A stretch of DNA of 64,000 nucleotides from the human T2T-CHM13v2.0 reference genome, Homo sapiens, in assembly GCF_009914755.1 (NCBI RefSeq), contig NC_060932.1; one strand, given 5' to 3'. Shown in pieces: positions 48,063 through 63,234 of the stretch. The notes under the pieces are model-generated. The model did no database searches, had not been told where the DNA came from, and saw nothing but the letters and a program-made list of their open reading frames with translations. A program made the position numbers and the translations under genes. Position 1 is the first letter of the stretch; each line of letters opens with the position of its first letter.

Positions 48063-49589
48063 ACAGCAGCTCATTACTATGCCTTTTCCTGACTACAGCT
48101 GTCAACATTTACAACATTCGGGTTTGAGAAACTTTCTTGAGGAAATAAGTTGAGGAAGGCTCAACACCAGGTTACTGAGTTTCCATTCCTACCGTGGGCC
48201 GTAAACTCTTAAGCATACAACACTCACCCAAGGACATTCACCCAGCTTTCAGAAACCAGAGGCACATCTGTTACCATTTTATTTGTCGGACAACTATGCA
48301 TGTGGAAGAAGCCACATTGGTGTGCATCAGCTGTTTAGTCCCTTGGAAGACTTTGAGAGTCGTGAAGTGGGAGCAGAGCTATTGTACCACCTGTGGAGAC
48401 TGAACACAAAGGGTAGAGATGAGCAGACATTTCTTGTATGGTATAAGGCTAGAGAGGAGTGCATGACATTAGTCTCTTAGTTATCTTTCTTGTTTAGAAT
48501 GCCTAAGGATCCATCCATTCATTCACTCAACAAACTTATGGAGCACATCCTATGAGTATGATATTAAGAACTGAGAAAGCAGCAGTATTTAAGATAAGTT
48601 CCTTGCCCTCATATAACATATATAACTAATGAGAAATGTTGGTGATAAATAGTAAACGAATAAATAAAATACTTGTACATGCCATGAAGGACATATACAA
48701 GGTAATGGAACCACCCAATAAAAAGTAGTCTTACTATCCTTTTGTTTTGGGCATACAAAAGCAGATTAAGGATAATCGTCTTGTTCATTTATTTATCTAT
48801 ATACTTATTTATATTCTGTCTCTAGGACTGAAAAAGCCAAAAGATCAGGGACCTAGTTTTGTTTCTTGCTCTTTCTCAAGCATGAGGACACTGCCTGGCA
48901 CATAGAGGGCTCACAGTAAATATTTCCTCAATACATTTGTTGATTAAGTGAAGGTGATAGAAACTGACAGGGACCTTGAACAAGATTAGAGTATTTTATC
49001 TGTATCTATATTGCATTTGTTTTTGAAATTCTTTCCTTATTTGAGCTAATACAATTTTAACAGAAGACATTTTTTATGTGGAGAAGCTATAGGAAATAAA
49101 ACCTCATAATGTTGTAACTCATGAGAGCTAGGATACATGTTTGAACAAATTTTCTTGGTTTGTCTTTATTTCTAGATATGACATTTGCTTTCTTTTTTAC
49201 AATTCACCTAAAGGCTGCTTATTTTTAAATGTGTATTTAAAACTTCAAAGTTGCGAGACTATCTTTTAGAATAATTAGCTATAAAGAATCAAGGACTTCA
49301 GTTGATCTAAATTCAACAGTCTTCTTTTCTCTTCAAAATTTTAAGAGTTTGGCTGGCCTGCTGGAAGCACAGGTTTATATTTAAAATCATCCCAAGTATA
49401 GTCGTATAACCTTATTCTAAATTTGAAAGATATAAAATTGTTTTTCTTTGTTTTTTGTTTTCTCTTTTAGCTTTAACTATTTATTTCAAAATCAGTAAGG
49501 AAACTGAATACCCTAAGAAAAAAAAAATGGGCAAAGGACAGAACAGGAAGTGTTTCAATAAATAAATGCATTTTTAAAACAAAGAAAAG

Positions 49590-49962
<373 letters not shown>

Positions 49963-51105
49963 TCAACCTCTTTCACAATCAATAAATTACAAATTAAAAT
50001 AATGAGTCACCATGTTTTGCATATCAATTTGGAAGGAAACATTTGGAGGAAACGAGAACACATGCATATGCGCTGTTACTGTGAACGTCAATTGTTTCAA
50101 CTTTAGCAGGAACACTTGGACAAAATGAATTAAAAGCCTTAAAAATTTTTTTTCCTTTGACCTGCTACTTTCACTTCTAAGAATATATATTAACGAAATA
50201 TAATTAAGCATATATGAATTTTTAGCTGTATAGATAATTAAAACATTATTTGAAATAGAAAACTATTGGACATCATCTGGCCAAGACAAGCAAAATAAAG
50301 TCCTGGCACATAATTCAATTTAGTAGTATTTGGCCATTAAAAGTAATTTTACACCAGTTTATTGACATGGGAAGATGCTGATGATGCATTAGGCAAAAAT
50401 AAATAAAGAAATAATTGTTACAGTATTGTATAAAATATTTACATATTTTTGAGAAAGGTAGGCAGAGAGAAAGATAAGAAGGATGAAGTGTACCACAGAT
50501 CTGTTTATAGTTGGTTATTTGTGGGTGAGAAAATTGTGATTGCTTTTAAATATTTTTCATATTTGTTCATGGTCTCTGACTTTCCTGTGGTGGCCACACA
50601 CGCTTTTATATTGAAGTACGTGCTTTATTTAAAATGTAAACATGTAGTTTGGCTTTAAAATTTCCATAGGGGGAAACCATAGAAACACAGCAAAGGACAT
50701 TAGTAAGCAGTTTCCATAAGGAGACACCTAGTTGGCTATCCTGTGTGAGAAGAGATGTTTGAACTTAAAAGCGGTAGAAGAAGTGCAAATATGTTGTCAG
50801 TGGAATGCTGCCTTGTGCTCATCAGATTAGCAAGAAAGTAGAGAGAAAAAGGGAAATAGAGTTCTGGTGGGAGGCTGCACTGGCTGATCCATCCTGGAGA
50901 GTGAATCTGGAGGGCTGTTCTGGAGAGCACATTTAGTAACTTTTTATGTGATCAGTCATCAGTTCAGCTCCCAGGAGTACGAATTTTTATCACAGAGTTG
51001 TCTGTACCAGAGAGCAGAGACCACTGAAGGGTCCATCTCTGGGATGGGAGATAAGTAAACTGTGGCGACAGTCCCTGGAGCCACAGTTAGAAATAGGCAT
51101 GCAAC

Positions 51106-51602
51106 TATGCTGCTATAAAGACACATGCACACGTATGTTTATTGCGGCACTATTCACAATAGCAAAGACTTGGAACCAACCCAAATGTCCAACAATGATA
51201 GATTGGATTAAGAAAATGTGGCACATATACACCATGGAATACTATGCAGCCATAAAAAATGATGAGTTCATGTCCTTTGTAGGGACATGGATGAAGCTGG
51301 AAACCATCATTCTCAGCAAACTATCCCAAGGACAAAAAACAGAACACCGCATGTTCTCACTCATAGGTGGGAATTGAACAATGAGAACACATGGACTCAG
51401 GAAGGGGAACATCACACATCCGGGTCTGTTGTGGGGTGGAGGGAGGGGGGAGGGAGAACATTAGGAGATATACCTAATGCTAAATGACAAGTTAATGGGT
51501 GCAGCACACCAGCATGGCACATGTATACATATGTAACAAACCTGCACATTGTGCACATGTACCTTAAAACTTAAAGTATAATTTAAAAAAAAAAAGAAAA
51601 AA
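51106..51602 (+). mobile_element. 5'-truncated L1PA (young primate) 3' end, sense to GRHL2
   Basis: ORF2 C-terminus (ORF 51099..51377) plus 3'UTR and A-tail. Perfect 17-bp TSD AGAAATAGGCATGCAAC at 51089-51105 and 51603-51619. Confidence 0.93.
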
Positions 51603-51656
51603 AGAAATAGGCATGCAACGAGCAGTGAGGTTAGATCCGAAAAGGTCTGTAGTCTG

Positions 51657-51762
51657 GATTGCCAGATGAAATACAGAGTGCCAGTTAAATTTGAATTTCT
51701 GATAAATAATGAATACATTTTGAAGATAAGTATATCCCAAATATTTGCCCAATCTGGCAACT
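51657..51762. mobile_element. MER53-type palindromic hAT MITE, internally deleted
   Basis: Terminal inverted repeats TTGCCAGAT...ATCTGGCAA. Internal ccagttaaatttgaatttc. Confidence 0.7.
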
Positions 51763-51993
51763 TTAGTCATGGAACAACAGAATTTATGAAAATTAAAGCT
51801 ATATACACAGGCAATTCAAACCAATATATTCCGTAAGAATATATATAAACACATTTATAGCTATTGCATTTGTGGGAAGGATAATAGGAAGAAAAAGAAA
51901 TACATAGTAACCAAATAAAGTCATAAAATAAGAGAAGGCCTTGAATAGACCAACTATGATTAACTCAACTCTCCATACCTAAGTCCAAAAAGA

Positions 51994-52292
51994 TTTTTTT
52001 TTTTTTTTTTTGAGATGGAGTCTCACTCTGTCACCCAGGCTGGAGTACAGTGGCATGATCTCAGCTCACTGCAGCCTCTGCCTCCCAGTTCAAGGGATTC
52101 TCATGCCTCAGCCACCTAAGTAGCTAGGATTACAGGCATGTGCCACCATGCCCGGCTAATTTTTATATTTTTAGTAGAGACAGGGTTTCACCATGTTAGC
52201 CAGGCTGGTCTCAAGCTCCTGACCTCAGGTAATCCTCCTACCTCGGCCTCCCAAAGTTCTGGGATTACAGGCATGAGCCACCACACCCGGCC
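51994..52292 (-). mobile_element. AluS
   Basis: Alu consensus in reverse orientation, about 510 nt upstream of exon 8. Confidence 0.92.
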
Positions 52293-52752
52293 CCAAAAGG
52301 AAATTTTAAAAAAGCTTTACTGTGGTCTCCTGAATTTTTTTTTTTTTTTTTTACTAAAGTACTGATGACACTGCCTGGCTGATAAACAGAATATTCTGTT
52401 CTACAAAAAATTCCATATGAAGTACCCTGGTACTTCTAGCAAAATTAAGTGGCAGAAAAGTGAGCAGGAGGGAGAGTGGGTAGGTGACGTAGGGCTTGGG
52501 AGAAAAAAGAAAACCTTAATAATCTTATAAAACTAGTAAAAAATGAAACTAATGAACAAATTAGCTAAGAACATTGGTTTGCTTAGTTTTACTCTTTTAA
52601 TAGAGGAACACGCTTACATTCTTATAGAGTAAGTATTAGTAAAAGAACATCAGTGAGCACCAGTCCTTAACTGTTAGCATGGAGATAGCCTGAAAAATAA
52701 ACGAAGTTTAAATTTACCCATTGGAAAATGATGGTTCAGTACATGTCACTGA

Positions 52753-53028
<276 letters not shown>

Positions 53029-54617
53029 TAAGGGAGAAAAGGGAGTGTGCTCCTCTGTGGCTTCCTGTAGAATGTAATGAGCCAAGCTGCGTGTCCCACC
53101 CAAATCCTTCAGGCCCCAAGCTTCATTTTAGCACTTGGAGCTGGGAAGATGGGGCCTGAAAACCTTTTCCCTCTGCAGTGCAGATTCCCCCAAAGGCGTC
53201 TCTGTGCAGCCTCCTCTAGACACAGAGAGAGGAGCTCAGAGCTGATGTCTTCGTAGGTAAGCTACTGGGTAGACCCCTGACCCCATAGCCCCTTCCAGGC
53301 TTAAGCTGGTTGAAGGATGGAATACAGGAAGCAGGCTGCAGGTCCCTGAGCTCTACTGATGGAGGTGTGGTCACCACTGTGACCTTCAGCCACTTGTTTA
53401 ATGTTGGCTGCTTAACTAACCTTTTTCTGTTTTTTGGAGTGCCCACATGGTTAAGAAGTACAAAGGTAAAATCTGTGGCGAAGTGAGCCCTGAGAAGAGA
53501 CGTCCACCATTGCAACGGTTTGGATAAAAGAAGGCAGAGTCATTGATACCTAGATTTGCTTTCCAGCCACGAGTCTCTTTGATTTTATGAAAACCCCAAA
53601 CCGTTCTGCTATGCCCACTCTCCTTTCTGTGTTCCTTAGCTTCTGATCCTTGATTCTTATTTTGCACTCATGGGAAGGTGCCAGATGAAACCTAAGCTTG
53701 TTTTTTGCTTTGGTTCTGGACCATCTAGGAGGGTGTTAGAAGAGTTTGTCTTCAAACTAATGAAAAGGTCAATGTACACTGCTCTGGTCGATGCTTTATT
53801 GTCTGCGAGCAGCGGGAAGGCTGGGTGAGAAAGGAAACGGGTTGGGAGTTTGCAGGCACGGCCACAGAAGAAGAATTGCCCAGTGTCTCATTTCACTCAA
53901 GTATAAAACAATGTAGAACAGGCCTGAGAAAGGCGGCCCAAATGGGCAAGTGGTGATAGAGTGCCCGTACAGCCTGGAGAAGTTTCCGTGGCTCAGTGCC
54001 TCCCAGAAAGGAAGCAGGCCTTGCCACGGGGTGCGAGGTTGGTCCCACACAGAACTGTAGGCAAATGTGTCTCTAAGGTCCACTCCTCCTTCATTTAAAG
54101 TTTCCTGCCCAAGCCATGTGCTTTCGGCACTTTGTTAACCTCCTCGGCTACCCGAGCCCCGTTCTCCCTGCCCCTGCCCTCTCCTGAGAACATCGTGCTC
54201 CTGTGCTTAGGGCTGTCTGCACCTTTCCCACATCCCTGCCTAGTGCCTCCTTATTCCAGCCAATTCCTTTCTCATCGTTCCCTGTTCTCTCAGAGGCTAG
54301 ATTGCTGAACCTGATCGGTAAGAGGCAGTCTGTGTGACGGCACAGGACTAGGATGGCCACTGAGTCATCCTGAGCAAGTTATCTGACCTCTCTGGGCCTC
54401 GGTTCTGGCATGCAGACAAACACACAGATTTCCAAATGTCTCTGCTGCAGCCAGCATCATGCTGAGGGCATAAAGCATGATGATCCAATGCTCTGGGGAG
54501 GGAGGCCTGGAACCAGTAACTGAGCAACAGTGTGACCAGGGAGAGGCAGGGCCTATGTCAGAGTCCTTGGGAAGAAAATGGGATCGTGTAACTGGAAGTG
54601 TCTTATCAATGTTAAAG

Positions 54618-55009
<392 letters not shown>

Positions 55010-55540
55010 TCATTACCATAATTTTAATTATCATGCAATCTGTGATAATGAGTGCTAGTGGGTGAATATTTTAACTGTTCTGCTTCAATAGGGACCTTTT
55101 ATAGAAAATGCCTAACCTGGAAGGTACAGTTTAATGATGGAAGCTTCAGACTCTGCAGTAAACCAATGAGATAGTTAATGTGGAGTTGAGTTGATCTTCC
55201 AGCCCAGTTCATTCCATACCACTCATTCACCATAAGCAGGAGCTTACTTTCCTTGTCTAACTGTGTGTGCCTGTGCTTGTGGGTGTACATGTGAGTGTGC
55301 ATGTGTATGAACATGCATGTTGCTCAGAGCAGTCAAGTTTAAGCTCACATACGCTTTGAAAAATGGCAGTGGAGGATATTTTATATTGCATTGTTTTATA
55401 TTGCAAAATTTTTTTAACTTCATTAATAATATTTTAAGTGACTATTACTTGGTCGCAGCAATTGTTTGAGGTTTGGGTTAATCAATAAGTAATGAAAAAA
55501 GTTCCAAATATTTTTCTCCAGACTACTGAAGAGCATTTAA

Positions 55541-55843
55541 TGTTTTATTTTACTTTAAGTTCCTGGATACAAGTGCAGAACGTGTAGGTTTGTTGCATAG
55601 GTATATGTGTGCCATGATGGTTTGCTGCCCCTATCAACCCATCATCTAGGTTTTCAACAAAGCAAGAAGTAAAAGCCTTGCATGCATTAGGTATTTGTCC
55701 TAAGGCTCTCCCTCCCCTAGGCCCCCACCCCTCGACAGGCCCTGGTGCGTAATGTTCCTCCTCTGTGTCCATGTGTTCTCATTGTTCAGCTCCCACTTAT
55801 GAGTGAGAACATGAGGTGTTTGGTTTCCTGTTCCTGTGTTAGT
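55541..55843 (-). mobile_element. 5'-truncated L1PA (about PA8-13) 3' end
   Basis: tactttaagttcctggatacaagtgcagaacgtg...gagtgagaacatg. TSD TACTGAAGAGC(A/T)TTT at 55524-55538 and 55844-55858. Confidence 0.88.
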
Positions 55844-58800
55844 TACTGAAGAGCTTTTAAAGAGAAATCATAAAAGTTAAATCTACTTCATTAGAAAGGC
55901 TGAGAGGATTTTTTTTGTCTGCGGAGCCTAAGGCATTTCTCTAAAATGTCATTGATTTTATAATAAGCAGACTACAAAAGGCAAAATTGCATGATTGTTG
56001 ACAGAAAGGTTTTCAACAAAGCAAGAAGTAAAAGGCATCCCTCTCACAGTGGAAGTGTTTGTGATGTTCATGTTGTGGACTTACCTATCAGGAGCAGTTG
56101 CATTTGCATTCAAATTCCCGTTGGTAACGTCTGCACAGAAACTTTCACAGGCTTCAGGGCAGCAGGCCCTTTCAGTATCACATGATATTTTGGTTTGTGT
56201 GGCCAGAGGACACAAACCTGTGGCCTACAGCCTTTTGATGGTCCACAGAATGCATATATGTATGTGTGTATTATGCATTTTTGTACTTCTGTTTAGAATT
56301 TTAACTTTTTTTTGCCCACATTAGATAATCAGAAGATTATTATTTTAAAAAATCCAGGTTTTTAAGTCTCTTGGATAATTAAAGATTCTGGCAACCATTA
56401 GGCCTGAGTGTTTGCAAGGCTCTAATGAGGTACTGGGCTCTTTCTTTATTGCTTTCTCTAGCATTCTCCATTCTGGAACTTTCCCTACCTAGCTTTGGCA
56501 AACATTTGAGTTTTCATGCCCAACTATGTCCCCCAGGCAACTGATATGCAGTTTAGCTCTTCACTGCCTTTCAGCATTCAGGAGGGTAGGCTGAAGCTGT
56601 AGGTAGGTTCAGTCTTTCTGCCCCGGAGCTCAGAGGAATGGGGCGAGCAAGGCCACCAGCATTCCCTGGCTCCCTGGCTCCTTTGGCCTGGTCCTCATGG
56701 GGCTGCAGTGGCAGCAGGCCAGACACTGATTTGTGTCCCCACTGTTGAAGAGAGAATGTGTGACATTCTTCTGAATGCTCACAATAGTGGTAAATCTTGA
56801 TCTTTCAAGATGTTTAAAAAAAAAACACCAGAAACCACCTTGATCCAAATGTGAATACATATCAACAAGCTGGATAATACCACTTGAGGATTAAGAATGA
56901 GGTTTTTTTTGCACCAAGTTTTATATATCATCTTTGAAGCCAGCCATATCAGAGGAGACCTTCTAAATATGCTTTAAAGCCATGGCAGCATCATTGGAGA
57001 AACCTGTATGTCTTCCCAAGATGATTATGTTAAAGGATAGCTTTTATTTGGATATTTAAGTTTTGATGCATTTATTTAAAAAACAAAAAACAAAAAGCCA
57101 ATCCGGTATTTGGTATTCTTGCCACAGATCTGTAATCAAGACCTGATAATAAGGTTTATGGATTTCTCCAAAGCATACATTTTCTTTCATTGCTGACTTA
57201 CATTTTATTTCTACCTCTCATTTAGCATGAACAGAAAAAAAGGAAAGACATGAAACTCTAATCATTTAATTTAATTAAATTATAGGAAAACGTTTGGCCA
57301 GGGAAGGTGTTAAAGCTATTAGTTAAAATGAGGTTTGGGGATTAATTCCAGATTTGCAGTGTCCATTGCAGGCGGATTCTGGCAGAACTATTGCAGAGTT
57401 CTCCAACCCAAAACCCGTTTTGCTGGTTGTGAGACAGAGTCTTTCTGCACAATGACACATGCAGCAGGAATAGTCTCCAACAGGATCAGCTTTTGCCCTC
57501 AGGGTCTGTGCAGGCTGGAAGCCTGTGTAATGTGAACAGGCGTCCCTGGGCTTCTGATATCTAGGAGGACAAGGTTCTGAGTGTCCACACTGTCACTGCT
57601 TGGAAATTGATGGCGGGCAGGGCCCAGTGTGTGGCAGCAGAAAGAGCACTGAAATGGAGTTCAGACCTGAACTCCAGATTCTAGCTAGATTCTAGGCCAG
57701 ATTCTAGCCCTGGCACTCGGGTAGCCAGCTTTTTACTTCCCCTGTTGAGTTTTTTTTGCAAAAAAAAAAAAAAAAAAAAGCCATAAAACAATGGGAAGTG
57801 TGTTTGTGTGTATGTGTGTGCATATGTGTATGTGTGTGTGTAGATTAAGATCCCATCCATATGATCCCAATGGGAGGACTTCTGTGTCATATTCTTTCAC
57901 ATGACTCCCATTTACAAGAATTTTTTAATTTTCTTTCTCTCCTTACCCAAACACCGATACCTAAGAAGTAGATTTGTTGGTCACTAATCCCTAAGATGAG
58001 GAATTCCCACGCAAGACCCTAGTGAGTTATTAAAGGGCTGTGAGCTCAGATTCCTGGCACCGAGCACTGCCTTTCTCTAAGTGATGACATCACCCCCAGA
58101 GCAGAGTGCAGCAAACCCTAATTACAGGCTTCCTTTCCTCCTAGATTTCTAAGGAGAGTCTTGAAACTGGGCCCCTTATTTTTGTCCAGGGCTGTTTTCT
58201 CTGTTCTCAGTGATTTTAAGATTAAACCAATCTTGGTGTGCTACAACGACCTCTGTCATGTGACCACAGAGAAGAATTACTTGAGCATTAAAGATGCTGC
58301 TTAGTGCTTTGTGCTGACTTTCAGGAACACTTTTCCTTTTTGGATCTTTTCACTGGAACACCATAACAATTTGTCCATGTCTCTATGCTTCACCCTTCCT
58401 TGGTTTATTATACATAAGAATAAAAAAAGCCTTCTTTCCATGAAGCTTTTTTTAAATTGCTCTGCCTCCAAGCCTTTTAGAATGACCTTAGTTCAGGATT
58501 CAGTGAAAATGTTCACTACCATCACACTAATCATGCTGACAGATAAGTCTACTACTGGCCATCTCCGATCTTTATGATTTTTAGAAAAGTCTATTATAAT
58601 TCAATAATATGAAACTCTGATCTCCCAGGGTTGTTCTTTGCTGCATTCTAGCCCAGTGCCTCTGCTTTCAGAAGCAGACTGATTACTTTCCTGAGCGATG
58701 TCTATCCTGCTCCTCCTTCCCGCTGTGTGTTGAGTTGCAGGAGAGGACTTAGGGGTATTGGTTTGTCTAGCCTTCTGCTTTGTCAGAGCATCAGCAAATG

Positions 58801-61800
58801 TTCTTCCTGCATTTTGGGATTAGGGAGGACCTTCCAGACAGGAAGTTGTTGCAGTTTTAGAAAGGGCCAAGGACACAAGTAAGGCATCTGTTTTTATCTC
58901 TGTTAACAAATTTTCCTAATGAGATTGGAGGTGGGCAGGGCTGAGACCCAGTGGAGGTGGGGAAGGGAGCAAAGAGCCTAAGAGACATCATGGATAATCT
59001 TCCTGGGCCTTTTAGATTCTGATTCCACTAAATATTACCTCTCAACATATCAGGCCCTGCAAGATTGGGCAAATGGAAAAAGTTAATTTAGAACCCAGGG
59101 CCCTATGAGTCCAGAGCCCATGCTGTTGACTCTCCCAATAGAGAGAAATCTGATTTTTGTTTTAAGCCAAAGCAAGCTATGATTTTCCTTCTTTAAGCAA
59201 TCTATAGGGTACAACCTGTTTGTATCCAGAAAGAAAGAAAATGAATGGCTGACCCCATTTCCTTGAGCAAAGCCGTTCAATCAGGCCACCCTGCTTTTGC
59301 CACCTGCCCTGTCCTCACGCCACACTTTCTCCTTCCCCACAAAGATGGGCCTGCTGGTGCAGCACTTCCAGCACATAGGGCTCTCTCTATCCACGTCTTC
59401 TGTTGCCCTGGTACATCACCTGTCCATATCGTGCATATCATTGACCGGAACTGATGTGGGAGCGAAAACTCCTTGCACTCTTCAACGGAGCATTTGCATG
59501 CTGATTAGCCTAACACTAGTGAGCTCCTCTGCATAATTCTTACCTCGCTCCAAAGATCAGTGCATGCTTTCAATTACAGTGCTGAGACATATCAGTGTTT
59601 TCTTCTCCATGCCTTTACACATCTATTCTTCATTTCCCCCATCTCTCTCTAGCTCCTTTCCCTGGCATCCTGAATTTCATTTTTATTCATTTACATGATC
59701 TCTGCACACCTTTCTTTAGTATATTTTTTCTGTTATGAATAGTGGAGGCAATTCCTTGTTCTTTTTTTGCAAAACCATGCAAGAAGCACAGCACTGAGAA
59801 ATTTCCAAAGCAAGAATGAGGATTATGATCAGAGAAGATGAAGCTTGCAGGAGGCATACAGTGACCCTCCGCTCTACATGTGCAACTTAAGAAATTCAAC
59901 AAACAAATCCTCACATTTACCAGGGTGGTAATTGGAAGTGACTACTTACACATAAGCCAATGTTCCTTTTATAGAGAGATTCCTCTAATCTTGGGTCTCT
60001 TTGGAATGCTTCAAATACATTGGATTTACAAAAGAGATGTGCATGTAATTTTTGAAACTGTGGGAAAATGCAAGGTGAGGAGACATGTTGATATTTCCTC
60101 TGGGCCCTATTTGCATTAATAGTTTTGCCCCATTGCCTTCCTGTTGGATTTTGCTTTAATACTGACAAGGAGGTATCATCTAAGAACTGAGAGCCAGTCT
60201 CAGGGAGGTAAACAGGGATGTGCTAAGATGAGTTGGCTGGTGAGAAGAAACTAAAAGTGCAAGTTGAAAGTAAAATGTTCTCATCTATATTTGTAAATCC
60301 ACTTTAAAGGGAGAAAATGAAGTTGATTTAATGTCCCAGCACTGCCTGACAGCTGCCCTGGACTTAAGAGTGCATTTGATGTGGCCTGGGTCATGGTGAC
60401 TGCAGTGACTGGCTTCATGTTGTGAGATGTGACTAGAGCCATCATATAGGCTGACTTACTATTTCTATAGAAAACCCAGCTCTCTTCCTTCTCTCACTTC
60501 CTCCACTCACCTCCTCTCTCAGTGTTGTCTTTTCAAGGTGAGCAAGCCAAGCCTAGCTTTCTGCTCCAGCAGCTGCTACTAGAGAGGAAAAATAACTCTA
60601 TGTCCTCATTATCTCAATTTTAGTAGCTTAAAAGATAAGATGGTGAGAACTGCAGGGCTTTGGCCATAGCTTATGAAAAAGGAGTAAATTGGAGAAAACA
60701 TAGGTGTTCTCACTTCTCATACGCTGCAAATTATTCAGTCTCTTTGGGTGAAAAATGTTATGCTAATTGAAAGGCTGGCTTGTATTCAGTACCAAATCAT
60801 GGCAAATCCATCAACTTGTCTCAAATGTGTTCTTTTTTCTCCTTTCCCCCTTCCCTCTATCTCTCTTCCGGTTCTTTTTGGTCTAAACTGCTTAACCAGT
60901 TTTTATTGAGCCTCCATTGTGTGCCAAGCACAGTTCTTTTGAAAATTAAAGTTTTGATAGTCTTAACGGATCATGCTTTCCAAAGGGCTGTTCCTAAATG
61001 GACGGCATTCTTAATCTGCTGACCTCCACTGCTGGATACCAAAGGAGAAGGGAAGATGTGTAAACACTGTTTTTCAGGATGCAAATGGAAACCAAAGGAC
61101 TGTCTGAAGGAGACTACACTCCTGAGTGCCCTGTGGGTTAATGACCTTGCTTATTCCACAGCCTGCACCCCTCAGCAGCCCAGTGCTTTTGTCTGGGGAG
61201 TTCTCTTTCTGCTTACAAGACAGTCTAGGATGATATGGGGTTGATAGATATTCATGATTAAGAAAAAGTTATACTCCAATTTTTTGCCTAAATTAATGTA
61301 TTGGCTGATTTTAAACAGGCGATCTTGTGGAAAATTACAGAATATTACAGAACATATCTCATGGTCTGAAAAGTAAAAATAGGGCTGGGGGGCACTCCTG
61401 GGAGGGGTCTTGAAAGATTGAATTGCACACTGCAAAGCAGGGCAAATGGCATTTTTTTATGTGTTTGCTGAGGTGTGGTGTGAGTAAAGGAAGCCTTAAA
61501 GGAGAAAAGTAAACATTTGCTGGAGTCTTTGGTATTGAACTTAAACAAAGCCATGCCTTTGTTCCAGTTTTATAAGGTAATGGATGTTAGGAAAAGCTAT
61601 AAAGCTGGAGTTAATTCATATATAAAAGGAATAATCTTTGGAAGGCATCTCACCAAAGGTATCAATGGCTAGATCTTTGTTAGAATGTGAAGTATCCATG
61701 GTTTCTGGACTGAATTTTGCTTAGGACTCTGTAATTAACATGTACAAACTATTGTATTGTGCAGAGAATTAGATTGCATACTTGGATTTCATAAAATGAT

Positions 61801-61824
61801 TGTGTGTGCGTGTGTACACAATGA

Positions 61825-62052
61825 CTAATATTTGTTCAGTGATTACCATATACCAGGCACTCTGCCAGGCAATCTATATGCATTATGCAATATTCATATT
61901 TTTAAGTAAATAGCAGTTTCCATTTAACTAATGAGGAATTTGAAGCCCAGAAAAGTTAACTAGCTTACCTGAGGTTGCACAGCTGGCGCCTGGTAGAGCT
62001 GGAATTCTAACCTTAGGCTGTCTGGTTCTGAAGCATGTGCTCTTTCCATGGC
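61825..62052. mobile_element. MIR
   Basis: aatgaggaatttgaagcccagaaaagttaactagcttacctgagg. Confidence 0.6.
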
Positions 62053-62473
62053 ACCTTTTTGTTTTGGAAAGACCTAGTAGTAATATCTCCTTTATTATCT
62101 CTGACAAGGGAATAACCATTCCTGTGAAGCTGCGCACCCACTGCATATCAGGCACTGGGCCAGGCGGTGGAGGGTCCTGAACAAACAAGCCAGGCAGAAT
62201 CCCTGCGCTCAGAGAATGTTTGGACTAGGCTAGCAACTGAGACACAGATGTAAATAATTGTAATACAAGGTAGGTAAGTGACAGTGGGTCTATGGGAGAT
62301 AAAGTGCTAGAAGAGGTCTGAAGAGAGAGGCAGCTCCATTTTTTATTTTTCTACATTTTATTTTTTAAAATTTCAAGTGAAAAGTTGAAAGACTAATACA
62401 TTTGATACCACTTACCCTTTACCTAGATTGACTCGTTGTTAATATTTTGCCAGATTTGCTTTGTCTCTGCTCA

Positions 62474-62512
<39 letters not shown>
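62474..62512. repeat. (CT)n(CA)n microsatellite
   Basis: Seen directly in the sequence. Confidence 0.9.
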
Positions 62513-62515
<3 letters not shown>

Positions 62516-63005
62516 CACCTCATTTCTAAGTACTTCAGCATGTAGAGAGGTCCTCTTTCTGTAGGATCAGGAAGACACAAGGAAGGATGTGGCATGTAGG
62601 GTGTGTCTTCAGGGTCAGGTGGACTTAGACATAAGGAAGTTGGAAGAAGAGTGTGTGGTAGGGAACAAGGGGGTGTCCAAAGGTGCAGAACCTGGAAAGC
62701 ACAAGGAGAGAGGGCACTGTGCCACTCAGGAGAGTGTGACACTCAGGAGAGAAGTTAGTGTTAATTGTAAAGAGGGGATGATTGAAGTCATGAGAAAGGA
62801 CGAGATTGCTGGGGAGAGAATTGGAGGGTGGGCAAAACAGGGTGAAGTATAGGACTTAGACACTCTCCATTTAGAAAATGTAGAGGGAGGGGAGCTGGAG
62901 AAGGAAGGGGTGGTGAGTAAGAGCAGAGAAGAAGAACAGGGAAGGAAGGAAGGGGAAGGAGAACGAAGAGGACAAGGAGAGGGCCACCAAAGTCCAATGG
63001 TTCAG

Positions 63006-63195
63006 GCAGTGGTTGCTCAAACTGTGGTCCTCAACAAGCAGCATCAGTGCTGACTTCGTAGATTGTTAGAAACACAAATACTTGTATCTCCCAACCCAGG
63101 TCCACTGAATTAGAAACTCTGGGGGTGAGGCCCTTTAACCTGTGTTTCAGCCAGGCCTCCTGGCGATTCTGATGCACACTAAATTAGGAAACGCC
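63006..63195. mobile_element. MER5A hAT MITE
   Basis: cagtggttgctcaaactgtggtcc...gttagaaacacaaat...gattctgatgcacac. Confidence 0.75.
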
Positions 63196-63234
63196 TGATA
63201 TAAAGATGCTGCTAAGAAGGCTGCCCTTGATTTA

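Noticed and set aside
51099-51377. 92-aa ORF as a gene
   Set aside because: C-terminal fragment of L1 ORF2 in a truncated L1PA; its ATG comes from the TSD.
57674-57710. Three copies of AGATTCTAG
   Set aside because: Small slippage duplication within a MIR-like remnant; no sign of function.
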